A stretch of 40,188 nt of DNA from Leucoraja ocellata (taxonomy: Eukaryota), in assembly GCA_036785375.1 (NCBI GenBank), contig JAWMAR010000030.1:5890001-5930188 (forward strand), written 5' to 3'. Position numbers and translations under genes: made by a program. Shown piece by piece: positions 10,590-22,840 of the stretch (position 1 is its first letter; each line of letters starts with the position of its first letter). The notes beneath the pieces were generated by a model. It was not told the DNA's origin and searched no databases. It saw only the letters and a program-made list of their open reading frames with translations.

Positions 10590-12498
10590 CTATTGGCACA
10601 CACATCAGAAATATTAACATTTCCTTTATTTAAAGTATCCAAGTGTAGTTAGATTATTGATTTTAAATAAATTGGCCTCCAAAGGATGATCTACTATGTC
10701 ATAAAACACATACAGCTTCATTATGAAAGCACTGCATCCCCTAAACACTGCTGAAACATCAAAAAAGGTCCCAGATATTTCAACGGTGGTCCTAGGTCCT
10801 CTGGTAATTGTGCTCTTTTCTAGTGTTCCTCAACAAGAGGTCTGTGGACTAATGTCAGTCTGTAACATCAATGTTTGCCAGTCTATGTGAAATTAGATAA
10901 AAAGATAAATAAATGCAATAGTAATGTCAGAGATAGGGTTGGACATGTGGACAGGTGTGCATCCACAGCTGGGGATTGGCAACATGTGTCATGTATGCAG
11001 TTAAGATCTGGAGGTAGAGGTAACAGGGAGTATGACTGGGAAGGATGGTGATAATCCAGGAAGGAAGCAGTGTGCAACTTGCAGCTGCAGTAGAAATTGT
11101 TTTATGTGGGCCAAGGAACAGTTCAAGCTCATACGATCACCAAACTTCTTCATTCTACTCTGCAATTTTTATTAAGCTATTCGAGATTATAAATTGCTGT
11201 ACTCAATTCATTCCACTGAAGCAATGGTTATTTCATCCCCTTTACCAAGATGTACATGTTATACGTTACTTATAGTACAACCTTTCTATAAACTCAAGGA
11301 CAACCAACCAACTGGAAATCAAGCAGAAATAAATTCAAACTAAACTAAAGGTGGCATTATGTGTTAAAGATAGAAGTAGAGAGAAAAAAACAACAAAAAT
11401 TGCAAAAAGCCGTAAACTACATATTCAGGGAATCTGGAATAATGACAAAATACTGGAAATGCGTAGAAAGTCAATCTGCAGCTGTGAAGGAAGTAGCATT
11501 AACTGTTTCACCCTTCATATGTGCAGATTGGCTAGGTACTTTAAGGATGTACTGTTCATGTTCGTAACTGATAGGAAGAGAATCCAGCCCATCAAGTCTA
11601 CTCTGCCATTCAACCGCTGTTTTATCTTACAAACATTACCAACATAATGCACATGGTAAGGTATGTACATGTTAATGAATAATGTCATCAAGGGTTAAGA
11701 TACAGCTGAAGGTGATCAAAGGTCAACCCTCAGGGATTCCAAAATACCAGTTCAAAGACAGGAACGGTCACCTTTGCAAGATGGTGTATTACAATCAATA
11801 GGAAAATAATTGAAGATATGAGAAAAGAACAGTGATCCAAAGGCAATGATCGAAGGAGATATGCCTGGGCATTTATTGAAAATAGAGACTGACTAGGTTG
11901 CACAAGTGATTAATTGTGCTCATGGTCAAAATGGCATTGCTGATCATTGCTAAAACTGAATCAGGTATAAAAAGGGGATATGGATTTGGGTAGTGGCAAC
12001 GTGTTCAGCAACTTGAGGCAAAAGAGTTTAAAAATGAAACGGTAGTTTGCAAGAAAACAAGGTGGCCTTTGTGTTTGCTAGAAGTGCATATTGATAGCAG
12101 TTCATGCTACACAGGGTGGAAATAATAGGGGCCAGGAAGTAGAATGATGGTCAAACTAAATGTGGAGAATAAAAATCAAGAATTTTTCTTCTTTACCACA
12201 GTCAAGATCTATTTGAACGATTTGCAAACTCACCAAAATAGTGAAGCAGACAGGAGGATACCTAGTAATAATGAGATTTAATTATTAATCCAAATTTTAC
12301 TGTAATTTAGAAAAGTAATAGATCTTTCCTTCGTGCCTTCTCAGAAAACAAATTCTCAGATCCTACACGAGACTTTGAATGCTTGGGTAATTGATCATTA
12401 GCTACTGAATACCATAAACAGTACATCCAAACTCATGTCCCACTTTCCATAAAATATGCAGCAATATTTTTTGTTCACTACATGTTGCATCTTCTCAC

Positions 12499-13991
12499 CT
12501 GGTTTAACGCTACTTTGCCTGGTGACTTTCTCGGCCAATTGTCTACCTGGTAAGTATCTCCTATTATCCGAAGCTTGCAGACTTGCTTGATAGAGGGATT
12601 CCAGCTCTGAAAACTCCAGCTGTATGTCCTGATCTTTAGCATTAATCAGCTGCATGTGTTGCCCATGACCATGCGTGTTACTTTCTTGGCTGGGCTGTTT
12701 ACTATGCAGGTGTTGCTGTTCACTGTTTCGGCAATCTGACCGAGGCACATAATGTTTTCTTACATCATCAATCCAGTGGTCTACAGGTACAGGAGAACTT
12801 GTGGAATGTTCATGCTGCTGTCTAATCGGACCAGAGTTGTTGTTTAAACAGGTGTCTCCGAAAAGTGACTGGACAATACGTTGGTATTTTTGATCACATG
12901 TATCATCTGTTGGAGGGTCAGATAGAAAATCTGATGCACCAGAATGGCAGCTCAGATCTCTTGCAACAGTATTTGTCTTTGGTCTGTATGAAGGTACTGG
13001 TAGAGGAGCAGGTGCCTCAGTTTTACAATCTAATGGTGCATCTGAAACCTGGGAAGAATACAAGCTGTCAATAGGCCACTTTTCACTGTCCAACTGCTCC
13101 TTGCTCTGAAGAAATGCTACCTGTTGATTATTATTCAGAGGTAGCTGCAATACTTCCTGATCCATTTTCTTTGGCCGAGAATTGGAATGCACTCTTTTGT
13201 AATTAACATCTTCATTTCCCTGGCCCAGCGTTGCATTTAATCTTTGAATCGGTGCTGTTGTTGACTGTACATTACCCATATCAACTGTTGTCTTGATCTT
13301 TGGTGAATGGGTACCTTCAATCTTTGAGTTGAACTCCAAATTCAAAATTGCTTCAGGAGTAGAAGGTTGGTCAGAGGTCCACTTCAAGTTCGTGGACGAC
13401 AAAGTTGTAGATGGAGATATACTGGTATCAGTCGTGTTCAATTCAAGTTGCCTTGAATTGAAATACAGAGAATGAGGCTTGATCTTTGGATACAAATCTA
13501 TTTCATCTCTTGGTGTCAACACCTGACAGTGGGGAGATGGTGAGGAAAATGTGTGACTTATGTCTCCATATTCAGAAGTAAGCAAAGGCAAGGAGCCATG
13601 TTTGTTCATTTTCAGTTTGTAATTGTGTGGGTAACAGTCCAGTGACTCGTCCACTGGTTCATCATTATTTTTCACCTGACACATGTTCACTGCACCACTT
13701 ACACATTTCTCCTCCACCTTCTCCCCTTGAACCCAATTGCATTTGTGGAAAGACGGAAGCTCATTGGTATAGCTGGCAGATTGGTTCCATTTTAGTTCAG
13801 AAGTCGATGTAGCAGAAGCTTGGCCATGCGATTCGGAGTGAGGGCTGTGTAACTGGGATGCATGTTGGACTTGTAGCTGGTGATGGGAGGCTGGCAGGGC
13901 ACGGGAAGGTTTGGGCCTGTGGTCTGGCTCACTGATGGGTTCCATTACTCTCTCCGATGCTAACAGTATTTGGACCTGGCCAGCCTGCATA
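12499..13991 (-). CDS. USP54: USP54 large coding exon (1493 bp), low-complexity region with SELESLYQASLQAS near its end
   Basis: Within the 530-aa ORF 12398..13990. Acceptor TTATTTCAG, donor GTGAGA; phase 2/1. Confidence 0.9.
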
Positions 13992-14646
13992 CTGAAATAA
14001 AGAATGGTGTTACTTCCAAAATTTTATTGTGAATAATTTACAGTGGCCACACACAACACACATACTGCTTGCACATCTCCACCAACAAATACGTTTAATT
14101 AAACTGCACATTAAAATCCTATATCAGCATCCAATTTATTTCAAAAAGAGTAATTTTGCAGTAAACCTAAGAAATTGCTGAGGAAAAGGTTAAAATCAAT
14201 TCTTGTTCAAATTCATGAAGAAATGAAAACTACAGTGGAGTTGTTCACTGTGGAGCCTCCATGCACATTTCAAATTAACATTTGCAAATATTCTGATTAA
14301 ATGGATTAGAAATTATAACAAACCTCAAAGAAATGGCCTACACCACGCAGCCTTTGTTCAAATCACTTAAAATATGAATGCACATATGCACAAAATTTTG
14401 TTTTATTACAATTTTAGATTCAAAGAAGCAACCTCTTTTAATTCGTACAAGTGCCATAGCACTTCACAGGAGTTCTGCAAATTTCTCTTTTTAAATGGCA
14501 TCTTGAAAAAATGTTACTGTTGTGGTTTTTGTATATTTTGCTTAACTAAGGCTAACTTTCTATGTCTTATTTCACAGGATGGCTTCCTTTAAGCTCAAAC
14601 CTAATTCACCTGATATTTTGCCCCCTCTTAATCCTAAGGATACTAC

Positions 14647-14812
14647 CTTTTGCATTCAGTCACAGAGTCCCCAGTTGGTGGGGAGTGGGTGGATGGTTGC
14701 ATGCTCTCCTGCAGACTTCGAACCTTCTTCATGCAAATATGCAGCTTCTTATCAGCAAGGGCTCTGCTGTGTGTGATGGCACTGCCTTCATGCATAGCAA
14801 GTCTTAGTTTAG
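14647..14812 (-). CDS. USP54: USP54 coding exon (166 bp), MIT region part 2: [34 protein letters not shown]...TECK
   Basis: Overlaps ORF 14643..14846. Acceptor ATTTTAG, donor GTAGTA; phase 1/2. Confidence 0.9.
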
Positions 14813-15666
14813 CTAAAATGCAAAACAGCAGAAAAAAAATGCACACGCAGACTCAAACAACATGCAATTATAAAAGTATGAGAAACTCACAAAATGCTCT
14901 GATGCAATGTTAGCGGTGTTTGGAACAGCATTGTTATACTGCTTTAATTACAAAAATGATGGTTGTAAAGAAAATCATCAAAAGTCAGATCAAATGCAAA
15001 TGAGTCACATATCTTATTAAGGACACATATGGCTCCACACAGCTGAGCAAAAGCCAAATTAAAGTGAATGTGTGACACAAACATTACTCTTCAGTGAAAT
15101 TAGGCATGTTCAAAGACATAGAAATGATCAAAAGCATGAAAGAAATGTGAAATGAACTGCTAATTTGTAATACTGAGAATCTGTATTTTCAATGTACCAA
15201 ACAGTATAAATTTTAACTTATCAGTCAGATTAATTATTGTCAATATATTTTAAGAAAATAAATTAGTTTTGCACCTCCTTTATTTAAACCAAATGAGAAG
15301 TTAACATAAAATGTTTCTCATAAAAGAGCATTTTAGGATAAACATTATTTAAATAGCTTTCCATAGTTCTGAACAATTAAAAGAACAAGACTTTATTATG
15401 TATATTAAATTTGAAAATCCAGGTACTCAATTATCAATTCAAAACAAAAATTCTCCTTAAAGTATTCATGAAATGATTTCAAGACAACTTTTCCACATGT
15501 AGATTGTCCAATTGGGAATTTGACATGCACATAAAGGGAAAAAAAGTATAACTGGTTTAGGTTCCGTTTCTATCCAAGCGAAGAACAGATTATAGTGGGC
15601 AGGATTTCATAACTGGTTAGCACAGCATTTAGTCTGCGAGCAGCAGAGGCAGTTAGGGTTACTTAC

Positions 15667-15786
15667 ACACAGCTTCATTGCAGAGATTGAGCGCTGCAGC
15701 CAAGTCATCCTTCTGTTCAAGACGGAAAGACTGTTCTAATAGAGAGTCTACCTCCTGCAATGATCTCTCAAACTTGTCAGTCTTCC
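15667..15786 (-). CDS. USP54: USP54 coding exon (120 bp), MIT region part 1: [39 protein letters not shown]
   Basis: Translated by hand; matches recalled human FERSLQEAES...AAALALCNEAI. Acceptor CTCTGCAG, donor GTAAGT; phase 1/1. Confidence 0.93.
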
Positions 15787-16634
15787 CTGCAGAGGCAACA
15801 GCAGGGTTTTTTTTTTGCACATGCACTAAATTAAACATTTATTAAAATGCAATATCAAAACTTAACACTGGCAAAAATTTATTAAGAACTAATTCTTTCA
15901 AAATAAATGTTTTGCTTTGAACATTTATAAATTCATTTTTTTTATAGCTTTGAGGGCCTTAAAAGTTTCAAGCTGCAGTGCTTACCTGGTGAGAGACATT
16001 TATAATCACATTCCAATCTATCTTTCCCACACCAAAGTGCAATTAAATTCAGACCCAGCCCCTTGTTTATGAAGCCTTAAAAGGACAGGCGATGTTAAAT
16101 GAGTAAACCATTATGTGGTTTAATTACCTCTTGTTTGCAAAATTAGAAAGTCACAAGATCCGTAAGGAACCATCAGAGATGTGCTCCCTCTTGCAATCCA
16201 GGATAATACATTTAATTGAAGTGGAGACAAAGGGACCTTTGCACTTTTGGAGTAATAACCAGAGCAATAATGCAGCAGAATCTTAACAATGCATGGTCCA
16301 GAAAATAATTAGTGCTGGATGGGTGGATCACACCTCACTAAAAACACACCAACTCCAATCCTGCAATATATGCAGCTTTGCATTATTTTACTAGCTGTAA
16401 CATTGAAATAGCTCTACCAACACATAAACTGAAAAACACCAATGTGTTATGCAGTGACAATCAGATCAAATCCACTATAGGGCCAATTTGGGGGAAATAG
16501 GAAAGGGAGATTTGGAAGTGGTTGAAAATGAGGAAAATTAAAACATGGATTTATGTTAAAACAACATCTCATTCTAATTTAATCAATGCAATTAAAGTAT
16601 GACTAACTGCAATAAACCAATAAGCCAGGGGAAA

Positions 16635-16812
16635 TAGTAGAGGCAGTACAGTTACGTTTAAAAAACATTTGGATAGGCAGATGGATAGGAAATGTTCAGA
16701 GGGATATGGGCCAAAGACAGACTAATGGGATTAACATAGATAGGCATAATTGTCAATATGGACAAGAAAGGCCAAAAGGTCTGGTTCCATGCTGTATAAC
16801 TCTATGAATCTG
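16635..16812 (+). mobile_element. CR1-clade LINE 3' fragment
   Basis: GTAGAGGCAG..TTTAAAAAACATTTGGATAGG..GAGGGATATGGGCCAAA..GGCCAAAAGGTCTG, similar to the other CR1 ends in the window. Confidence 0.7.
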
Positions 16813-16844
16813 TGAACATGAGTAAATTTACTTTTGTAATTTAC

Positions 16845-17147
16845 CAGCCCCGACGTCGGACTGGTATCATCCCGGCGAGCGGTCCTGGACATCGAGCCGC
16901 CCGTAGCTGCAACTGCGGAGGGCTTGGGGAGACCCTGACCACGGGGAACAGTGGAGGAAAGAGACTGACTTTGGTGCCTTCCCACACAGTGGGAAACTTT
17001 GGTTCTGCTGTGTGGGGATGTTTTGTGTTGAATTCTATAGTGTGTTGAGTCCTGTTTATTTTTATTGTATGGCTGTATGGGAATTCATTTCACTGTGCCA
17101 TCTGGCACACGTGACAATTAAATTTATCTTGTATCTTGTATCTTGTA
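16845..17147 (+). mobile_element. Short non-autonomous retroposon or LINE 3' end with a (TATCTTG)3 tail
   Basis: GC/CpG-rich body contrasting with the AT-rich intron; ends GACAATTAAA followed by (TATCTTG)n. Confidence 0.6.
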
Positions 17148-18015
17148 ATAGTTTGAATGAAGCTAAGATAACATTGCCTTGATTACGGAGAGATTTCGCC
17201 AATTCCAAAACAAAACTTCTAATGTGTATAGACATAACCTTTGTAAAGCATCAAACTACATTACACTGACAAATGAAGCAGTCCTGTTCACCAATGTCCT
17301 TTATATAGATTGATATTTTTCCAACTTGCATGTATCTTATAACCACAAACTTTGATGGGGAGCACACAGATGGAAATATACAAGTTATTTCTCTGTGTTT
17401 CCTTTTAGCCATATTGGTGGATTTTGTTTTGCAAGCCAGTCATTCATATTTCAAAGCAAAACGGGTATTTATTGAGCAACTGAAGCTGGCTGCAAAGGTC
17501 TGTTATGTTGATTCAAGCTGAGCAAGCTCTTCTGTGAGGTAGTGCAAATTTGCCTTCCTCTGCTATTGCACACTATCTTTCAGACATTATTCATTTAATC
17601 GTTTTGTAGATCACATATTCTGACCAGACTAGCATAAAGCCAAATTGAGAAACCGGTGGGCATAAATATTATCATTCACACCAATCATTACCAGACTACT
17701 CAGCAACAATCCTTGGAGTCTATATGAACTTCTATGATGATGGTACCAAGAATATGGGGAGCACAATATTCTCAAAAGCTCACCAAAATGGAATAGGCAA
17801 ACACAGGGAACTGCAGAAGTCAACAGTTAGGTCAAACGATCTTCCACTTAAAGAGTGGAGACAGTATAAAACTGAAAGGATTGCCGGCATCAGATCTCTA
17901 CTGTGATAGTTTATTAGAGGCCTAGAGGTTTAGCCATAAATTCATTTCTGTTCATATTAACTTCAAATAAATGTGATATTACAGGTCACACACCAAGTGG
18001 CAGGGAAGCACTCAC

Positions 18016-18189
18016 CCTGATTTTGTAGTTCATCCAGGTCCATGAACTTGCTCGGTCGGGGATTAAATACCATTGCTGCTTCCTTATCCCTCAGTTTCTT
18101 TCTTCTCAGTTCCTCCTCTTTAGTTCTTCTTTTAATCTCCTCTTCCAGCTCATCCAACTCACTTCGCATGGGATTACTGTAATTTTCGT
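18016..18189 (-). CDS. USP54: USP54 coding exon (174 bp), coiled coil: [18 protein letters not shown]...[11 protein letters not shown]
   Basis: Overlaps ORF 17963..18169. Acceptor CATTTAG, donor GTGAGT; phase 1/1. Confidence 0.94.
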
Positions 18190-18929
18190 CTAAATGAACA
18201 AAATGTAAAATTTGTCATCATTATTATTGTCTCTCAAATCCGCCAAACTGATTGCTCTTATGACAGCCATCCTCTCCCAGCCCCAGCATTGAGGCTCTAA
18301 CACTCACTCAGTTTCCAGTGGCAGACCACATTGTGCACATCTTGACAGCAAGCTCCTGAACCAGGCACTCTATTCTGAGCACCGTCAAGGCAAGAGATTG
18401 CCAGATGAATAGAGAAAACAATTCAAGTATCTTTTCAAAGCTGCATTGAAAAGTATATCATACCACTGACTCATGGGAAAGCCTGGCAATGAAGAAGGAA
18501 TGTTTAACAGGAACAAATAATAGGTCCCTTGATTGGGAGCAAATGGAAGCTGATAAAGAAAAGTAGGAGCATAAACTACCAAACTACTCGCCCAATCTGT
18601 CAAGGACAAGCTGCATGCTTGCTAGTCCTTGGTTCCCACTTGGGCTTCATCAGCCACCTTAGAACTTTCAGAAATGCAGTAGAAGCAAATCATTCTTGAC
18701 CCAGAGGGATTGCCAATAAAGAAAATTAAATGTGATCTGGACCTCCTTCATTACACTGTGAAATTGAACTACACCTGACCATTTTATTTAGGATTTGGTC
18801 TTATTTTGTATAAAGTATCTATGTGCGAGCAGTATCTAACACTGTTTGACTGTTGTATGCTGTTGTTTCATTTCAAAATTCAATTATTTTTTATGAACAA
18901 AAGCAAAATATGCCAATTTTGGAAATTTG

Positions 18930-19135
18930 AAATAGAAACACAAAATTCTTATTACACCAGGTTAGGCAACATTTATGGAGGGGGAAATTGAGTTAGTGTT
19001 TCTTCAATTTAGTGCCCTTCATCAGAAACTCTCCAGAAATAAGATCTCTCATCTAAAACGTAACGATTTGTCTCTACATGGGTTTCTGCCTGACAGGCAA
19101 GGGGTAAATTCAGGCTGCTATTCAGGTTGCCAGAC
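18930..19135. mobile_element. Degenerate palindromic Penelope terminal-repeat element
   Basis: Arms CAGGTTAGGCAACATTTATGGAG / CTCTACATG..CTGCCTGAC; minus-strand CTGATGAAGGG...GAAAC at about 18996-19025. Confidence 0.5.
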
Positions 19136-19749
19136 AATTCTGACTAATTCTCACATTCAAAAATACACATGTTTGTAATGCAACCAACTTTACATTAGTA
19201 AGGGGGTATTGCTGATGGCATCTCCATTAAATTATTCCATCTCCATTAAATTATTGACTGGAAATCCAAAGGCTTGATAAACAACGAGGAGATGCAACTT
19301 TTAATATCACCATGATAAAGATGAAATTTAAATTGTGAATTAAATAATCTGGAATTTATAAAACAAATCTGACCTCAATAACAGAAACCACCCACATAGT
19401 TCAGAAATTGTTAGTTCAGAGTTAGAAAGGCAGCGTTAACAGTCTGGTTTATATGTGACTCTGGACCCAGTGCAATATTGTAGACTTAACTACCCATGAC
19501 ATTTATTTTGCTATAACCACTACGCTTATACAATGTAAGCATAGATCACCCAGCATCCACCTAGGCACCAAAATCAGATACAGCAAAGATGGTTCTAGTC
19601 CAGTCGATATTATAAAGTCTTCTTCGAACATCTGGGGACTTGTTTCTAATTTAAGCAGCTGTTCCACGGTCTAGTCAAGCAATGGTTTTGTATCCTAACA
19701 CTTTCAGAAACTTTCTATACAGTCAACATGCCAACCTCCTCCATTATGT

Positions 19750-19878
19750 TTGAGGCTTTTGGATAGGCGCATGGATGTGCAGTGAATGGAGGGATATGAA
19801 TGACATGCAGGCAGGGGAGATTAGTTTAATTTGGTATCATGTTCAGCACATTGTGAACTGAAGGGTCTGTTGTCTTGC
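19750..19878 (+). mobile_element. CR1-clade LINE 3' fragment
   Basis: TTTTGGATAGGCGCATGGATGTGCAG..GAGGGATATG..GCAGGCAG..GAAGGGTCTGTT. Confidence 0.65.
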
Positions 19879-20794
19879 CAGAGGTACAACACATCTCAGC
19901 TTTCCATCATCTCACACGCCAAGCTTCAGCCAATTCGATTCACTCTACTTGATATCTGAGAGATCCAACGGAATATGAATATCTTAACAGAATTATCCAA
20001 AGTTTTCATTGTTTAAATTAATAGATGAACAGCAAAAAGCATTATAAACTCACCAAAATCCAATATTGTGTCTAGACAACAGCAGATCACTAACTAATTT
20101 CACCCATCAATAGGCACGGTGCCAAGTTCAAATGTTAAGAGTATGTGGGGATGAACGAACTTGTGTTCTCATCAACTATACCAAGCATTTGTCAAAGACA
20201 GCTGCTATACTGCTCTTCCAGGAATACATTAACCATCAGACACTGAAGGTCAATGTTTCTACCATTCAGGGACATGAAAGCTTCCCAAAGTATATACACG
20301 GTACAAAACAGAACTGCAACATTCAGTGAGCTCATCGTAACATATTTAGCACTACACTTCAATTTCAATCTTGAATACAGTACATTTCTGAAATATAATT
20401 AAATCCAAGATGAGTCTATTTGCCTTTTGAAAAAATTAAAGATATATTGGTGAAATAAATTGTGCCAAATGCTATCCTGATCTAAAATAAACTGAGTTTC
20501 GCTCAGAAGGGGCTGTATAAAGAAAGACCTGAATTTATAGAGCCCTTCAATTGTTCATTACTCATCGGAACTTTACAGGATTGTTTATATTAATTCATTG
20601 CAGTATGATGGAAATATAGCAGCCAATTTCTACCAAGCACAACCCTACAAATAAAAATGCAACAACGGCCAGAGATTTACTGACATTAGTTGAGTGATAA
20701 TAGTAATTTTAAAAAACTTGAGAGTGTCCTGTTCTTGTTCAAAATTATATCATGAGGTCTTTTAAATCTACTTGAGCAGAATACCCAAACACTT

Positions 20795-21190
20795 CAACAT
20801 ACGTTTATTGTCATGTATTCAGATCTTTTAGTTGCATGCTATCCAGTCAGCGTAAAGATTATACATGATTACAACTGAGCCACCAACAGTGCACAGACAC
20901 AGGATTACGGGAATAATGTTTAGTGCAAGATAAAGTCCCGTAAAGTCCGATTAAAGGTAGCCCGAGGGTCTCCAATGAGATAGATGGTAGCTTAGGACCG
21001 CTCTCTAGTTGGTGATAGGATGGTTCAGTTGCCTGATAACAGCTGGGAAGAAACTGTCCCTGAATCTGGTGGTATTCGGATTCACACTTCTGCACCTTTT
21101 GCCTGATGGGAGAGGGGAGACGAGGAAGTGTCCGGGGAGAGACTGGTGCTTGATTATGCTGGTGGCCTTGCCGAGGCAGCGAGTCAACCA
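20795..21190 (-). mobile_element. Rex1/Babar-like LINE 3' fragment
   Basis: ORF 21005..21211 (RCLGKATSIIKHQSLPGH..LPSGKR...RFRDSFFPAVIRQLN); minus-strand GACAATAAA end near 20805. Confidence 0.82.
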
Positions 21191-21845
21191 CAGTAGCAAA
21201 TCTGAACTCATTTGCTTCTTTATATGGTCGAGCTGGGAACTGAGACAATGGTCCAGTCTTCAAATCTCTTTCTGTAAACCAGTATCTTTCTCTACAGTGG
21301 TTTAACATCTTTAGGTAAAATTTCAACAGCTGTCTACAGATCCAGATCTGGAGAGTTGCAGTGTTCAAATGATTTCATTCTTATTTTCAACTTCCAGGTC
21401 ATGCGAACAAACAGTACAAGTATTAAGTGCATGGTTTGTTCACCAAATATTTGATGAAAGTTGACTTTCATTATAACCAAGGAATTAAATAATGTATCAA
21501 CATGCAATGTTAAAACCTGTGATCCAAGTGGTCCACCTCAAATGCCATTTATTTAGCCATGAATCCACGTTCTTACAAACAATGGCCTTTCACAAAGACA
21601 GAGCTATCAAATTCCCACTCTGTGATACTCAGAGGCTGAAAAGTGGGCTCAATGAGAGAGAGAGTGAGGGAGAGAGAGTGGGTTCAATTAGTTCGGGAGA
21701 GGCGCCTGCCATAGCAATTTTCCTCCACAAGATGGTGTGAGAGTCTTCTGTTGTAAATTAACGACTTTTAAGCCATGGATAGCGAACAAGTGTTAAACAC
21801 CAACAAAAGCACCATCTAGAGAACTGGGAAAAGGTGAATAACTAA

Positions 21846-22285
21846 AGGGCCCGTCCCATTTGGATGACATTTGGGCAACATTCAGGGGACAGCCTAAAAA
21901 GAGTTTGTCTGGTCGTGACGCGCGGTGACGCGTGGTGATGCATGCAGTGACGCGCGGTAATGCGTGGTGCTTCCCTGTCGCCCCAGGATTTTGGAATGTT
22001 CAAAATCCTGCGGCGACATTTGGTTGTCTCATCATGTCGTGCGCCCTGTCACACGCTGGCGTATGCTGTCCTGTAGGTGACGCCCGGTTAGGGTTAGGGT
22101 TAGGGACCACAGCTGGGCTGTAAAATATTCTTCCTTCAATGCATGGATTTTAAACATTAATATATTAAAACCGGGCGTCACTCGCATGACAGCATACGTC
22201 AGTGTGTATGTCGTGCAATTTGACGGTTTTACGGGCGTCAGTCACTGACGCTCCGCAGTCGCCCAAATATCGCCAAACAGGCCCT
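21846..22285. mobile_element. PIF/Harbinger-type non-autonomous element (MITE)
   Basis: Imperfect terminal inverted repeats AGGGCCCGTCCCATTTGG..ATTTGGGC / GCCCAAATATCGCCAAACAGGCCCT. TAA on both sides (21843-21845, 22286-22288); internal GTGACGCG repeats. Confidence 0.75.
22088..22105 (+). repeat. Interstitial telomeric repeat (TTAGGG)3
   Basis: GGTTAGGGTTAGGGTTAGGG read directly at 22086-22105. Confidence 0.9.
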
Positions 22286-22494
22286 TAAGCAAGTCACCAT
22301 GGCACCAGAATGTTGTCTCTGTTCAGAGACAAGGGAGAATTAGTATAGCTATCTGTGACTGGACTCACCCTGTGTACGATGGGTGAATACAAAATACAGC
22401 CTTTATAATAAAAGAGAGAAACTGGTTATTGTTATGGTCAAATCTCATCTTTATAACGCGTGAGAATAAATTGCACTGTTTAATCACAATTTTA

Positions 22495-22840
22495 GTGTTT
22501 AAAGGTCATTTAAAAATGTACATGTAGAGGAAAGGTTTAGAGGAACATGGGCCAAACGCAGACAAATGGAATTAGCTCAGATATACTGTGTAGAAAGGAA
22601 CTGCCGATGCTGGTTTACATCAAAGATAGACCCAAAATGCTGGTGTAACTCAGCAGATCAGGCAGCATCTTTGGAGAAAAAGGATAGGCGACAAAACGCC
22701 ACCCACCCTTTTTCTCCAGAGATGCTGTCTGACCTGTTGACTACTCCAACACTTTGTGTCTAGCTTAGATATACATATTGGTTGGCAGGGACTAGTTGGG
22801 GGGAAAAAAGGCCTATTTTGTGCTGTACAACTATGACTTC
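22495..22840 (+). mobile_element. CR1 3' fragment interrupted by a palindromic Penelope terminal-repeat element (about 22588-22761)
   Basis: CR1-like text on both sides, with TAGCTCAGATATAC / TAGCTTAGATATAC repeated around the insert. The insert has inverted arms CAGGCAGCATCTTTGGAGAAAA / TTTTCTCCAGAGATGCTGTCTG. Confidence 0.75.

Noticed and set aside
14551-14577. Plus-strand branch point and acceptor (GCTAAC...TTTCACAG) suggesting an antisense transcript
   Set aside because: Isolated signal with no supported partner exon; expected by chance in AT-rich DNA.
19219-19255. 18-bp tandem duplication (also a 12-bp one at 799-822)
   Set aside because: Ordinary slippage-type duplications with no associated feature.
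20859-21368. 169-aa minus-strand ORF as a USP54 exon
   Set aside because: Mostly an off-frame reading of a Rex1-like fragment; the USP54 frame closes without it.
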